From Spirochaetia bacterium (lineage in GTDB: Bacteria; Spirochaetota; Spirochaetia; DSM-2461): 64,000 nt of DNA. A program made the translations under genes and the position numbers. Of this stretch, positions 63,425 through 64,000 are shown in pieces. The notes under the pieces were generated by a model, which saw nothing but the letters and a program-made list of their open reading frames with translations, made no database searches and had not been told where the DNA came from. Location: assembly GCA_963666985.2 (NCBI GenBank), contig CAXXIA010000002.1, positions 992,001 to 1,056,000 on the forward strand. Reading direction: 5' to 3'. The number at the start of each line of letters is the position of its first letter. Position 1 is the stretch's first letter.

Positions 63425-63805
63425 TCAGTCCTTTCGAACCGTAACCCGGCAATTAACGTTTCCATCTTCATCTTCAAGGAATTGAACAGGCCCTTCAATA
63501 CGCCGCTTATGCTCGGCAAAAACCCAATTGGAAACCGCTTCGGACAGCTCGTCCTCGTCCAATTCGATTTCTTCCAGCGTAAAACCGGCATAAGTGCCAA
63601 GCGACGCCGGTCTTAAGGAGAGCCAAATAAAAAGAGGAAGACTGGCCGTCCCGATAACCGCACCGATTATGAGTGCTCCCACGATAGGATGCTTTTCCGC
63701 TACCGCCGGAGAGAAAGACAAAGCGAACACTAAAAGAGCCGTTACAAAAAAAACAAGTGCGGCGGCAATCGCGACGATAAGCACTTTCTTCAAATGAAAT
63801 TTCAC
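63425..63805 (-). CDS. Hypothetical 2-TM membrane protein
   Basis: Two hydrophobic segments followed by an acidic cytoplasmic tail. Confidence 0.65.
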   Translation of the reverse strand: MKFHLKKVLIVAIAAALVFFVTALLVFALSFSPAVAEKHPIVGALIIGAVIGTASLPLFIWLSLRPASLGTYAGFTLEEIELDEDELSEAVSNWVFAEHKRRIEGPVQFLEDEDGNVNCRVTVRKD

Positions 63806-64000
63806 AACACAATCATAGCCTCACGGCTCCGGCTGCGAAAGGGGTGAACTTCATTCAACGTTCGATTCGCGCCGTTCCGTTTCATTTCCATTATTCGAGT
63901 AAGCGCCCGTATCGGAATCCCAAGCATCCGGCCGCTGTTGAAAAATGGAAACTTCTCAAAAAGACGATTCGGATTCGGCGGCAAACGGGCGCCGATCGAA

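Overview
This is a 64 kb chromosomal window, most likely from a free-living spirochaete (Spirochaetaceae-like). The evidence is the 16S sequence style, the 16S-tRNA-Ala-23S-5S order and the 'MKK...A(N/G)GxxE/D' binding-protein leaders. It holds one full rRNA operon on the minus strand, enolase, mprF, a ketopantoate reductase, GH36 and GH13 glycosidases, and a GGDEF(degenerate)-EAL protein. It also has many transport and regulatory modules: a FecCD-type ABC, a TRAP, a polar amino-acid ABC, a Pst-like ABC and a sigma54-driven sugar ABC. I saw no prophage, transposase or CRISPR array. Four leads stand out. (1) A molybdate-sensor-type regulator faces a FecCD ABC/methyltransferase/radical SAM operon. 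Its radical SAM enzyme is fused to a cytoplasmic binding-protein lobe and carries an apparent 1-nt frameshift near its start. (2) An Rrf2 (CymR-like) regulator heads a Pst-fold transporter that lacks the usual Ser/Thr phosphate ligands, so it may import sulfur oxyanions. (3) A DUF3870-permease-cytidylate-kinase-like operon has two tandem attenuator-like leaders. (4) A single protein fuses a GNAT acetyltransferase to an HDAC-family deacetylase. All calls are by eye from motifs; no database searches were run.
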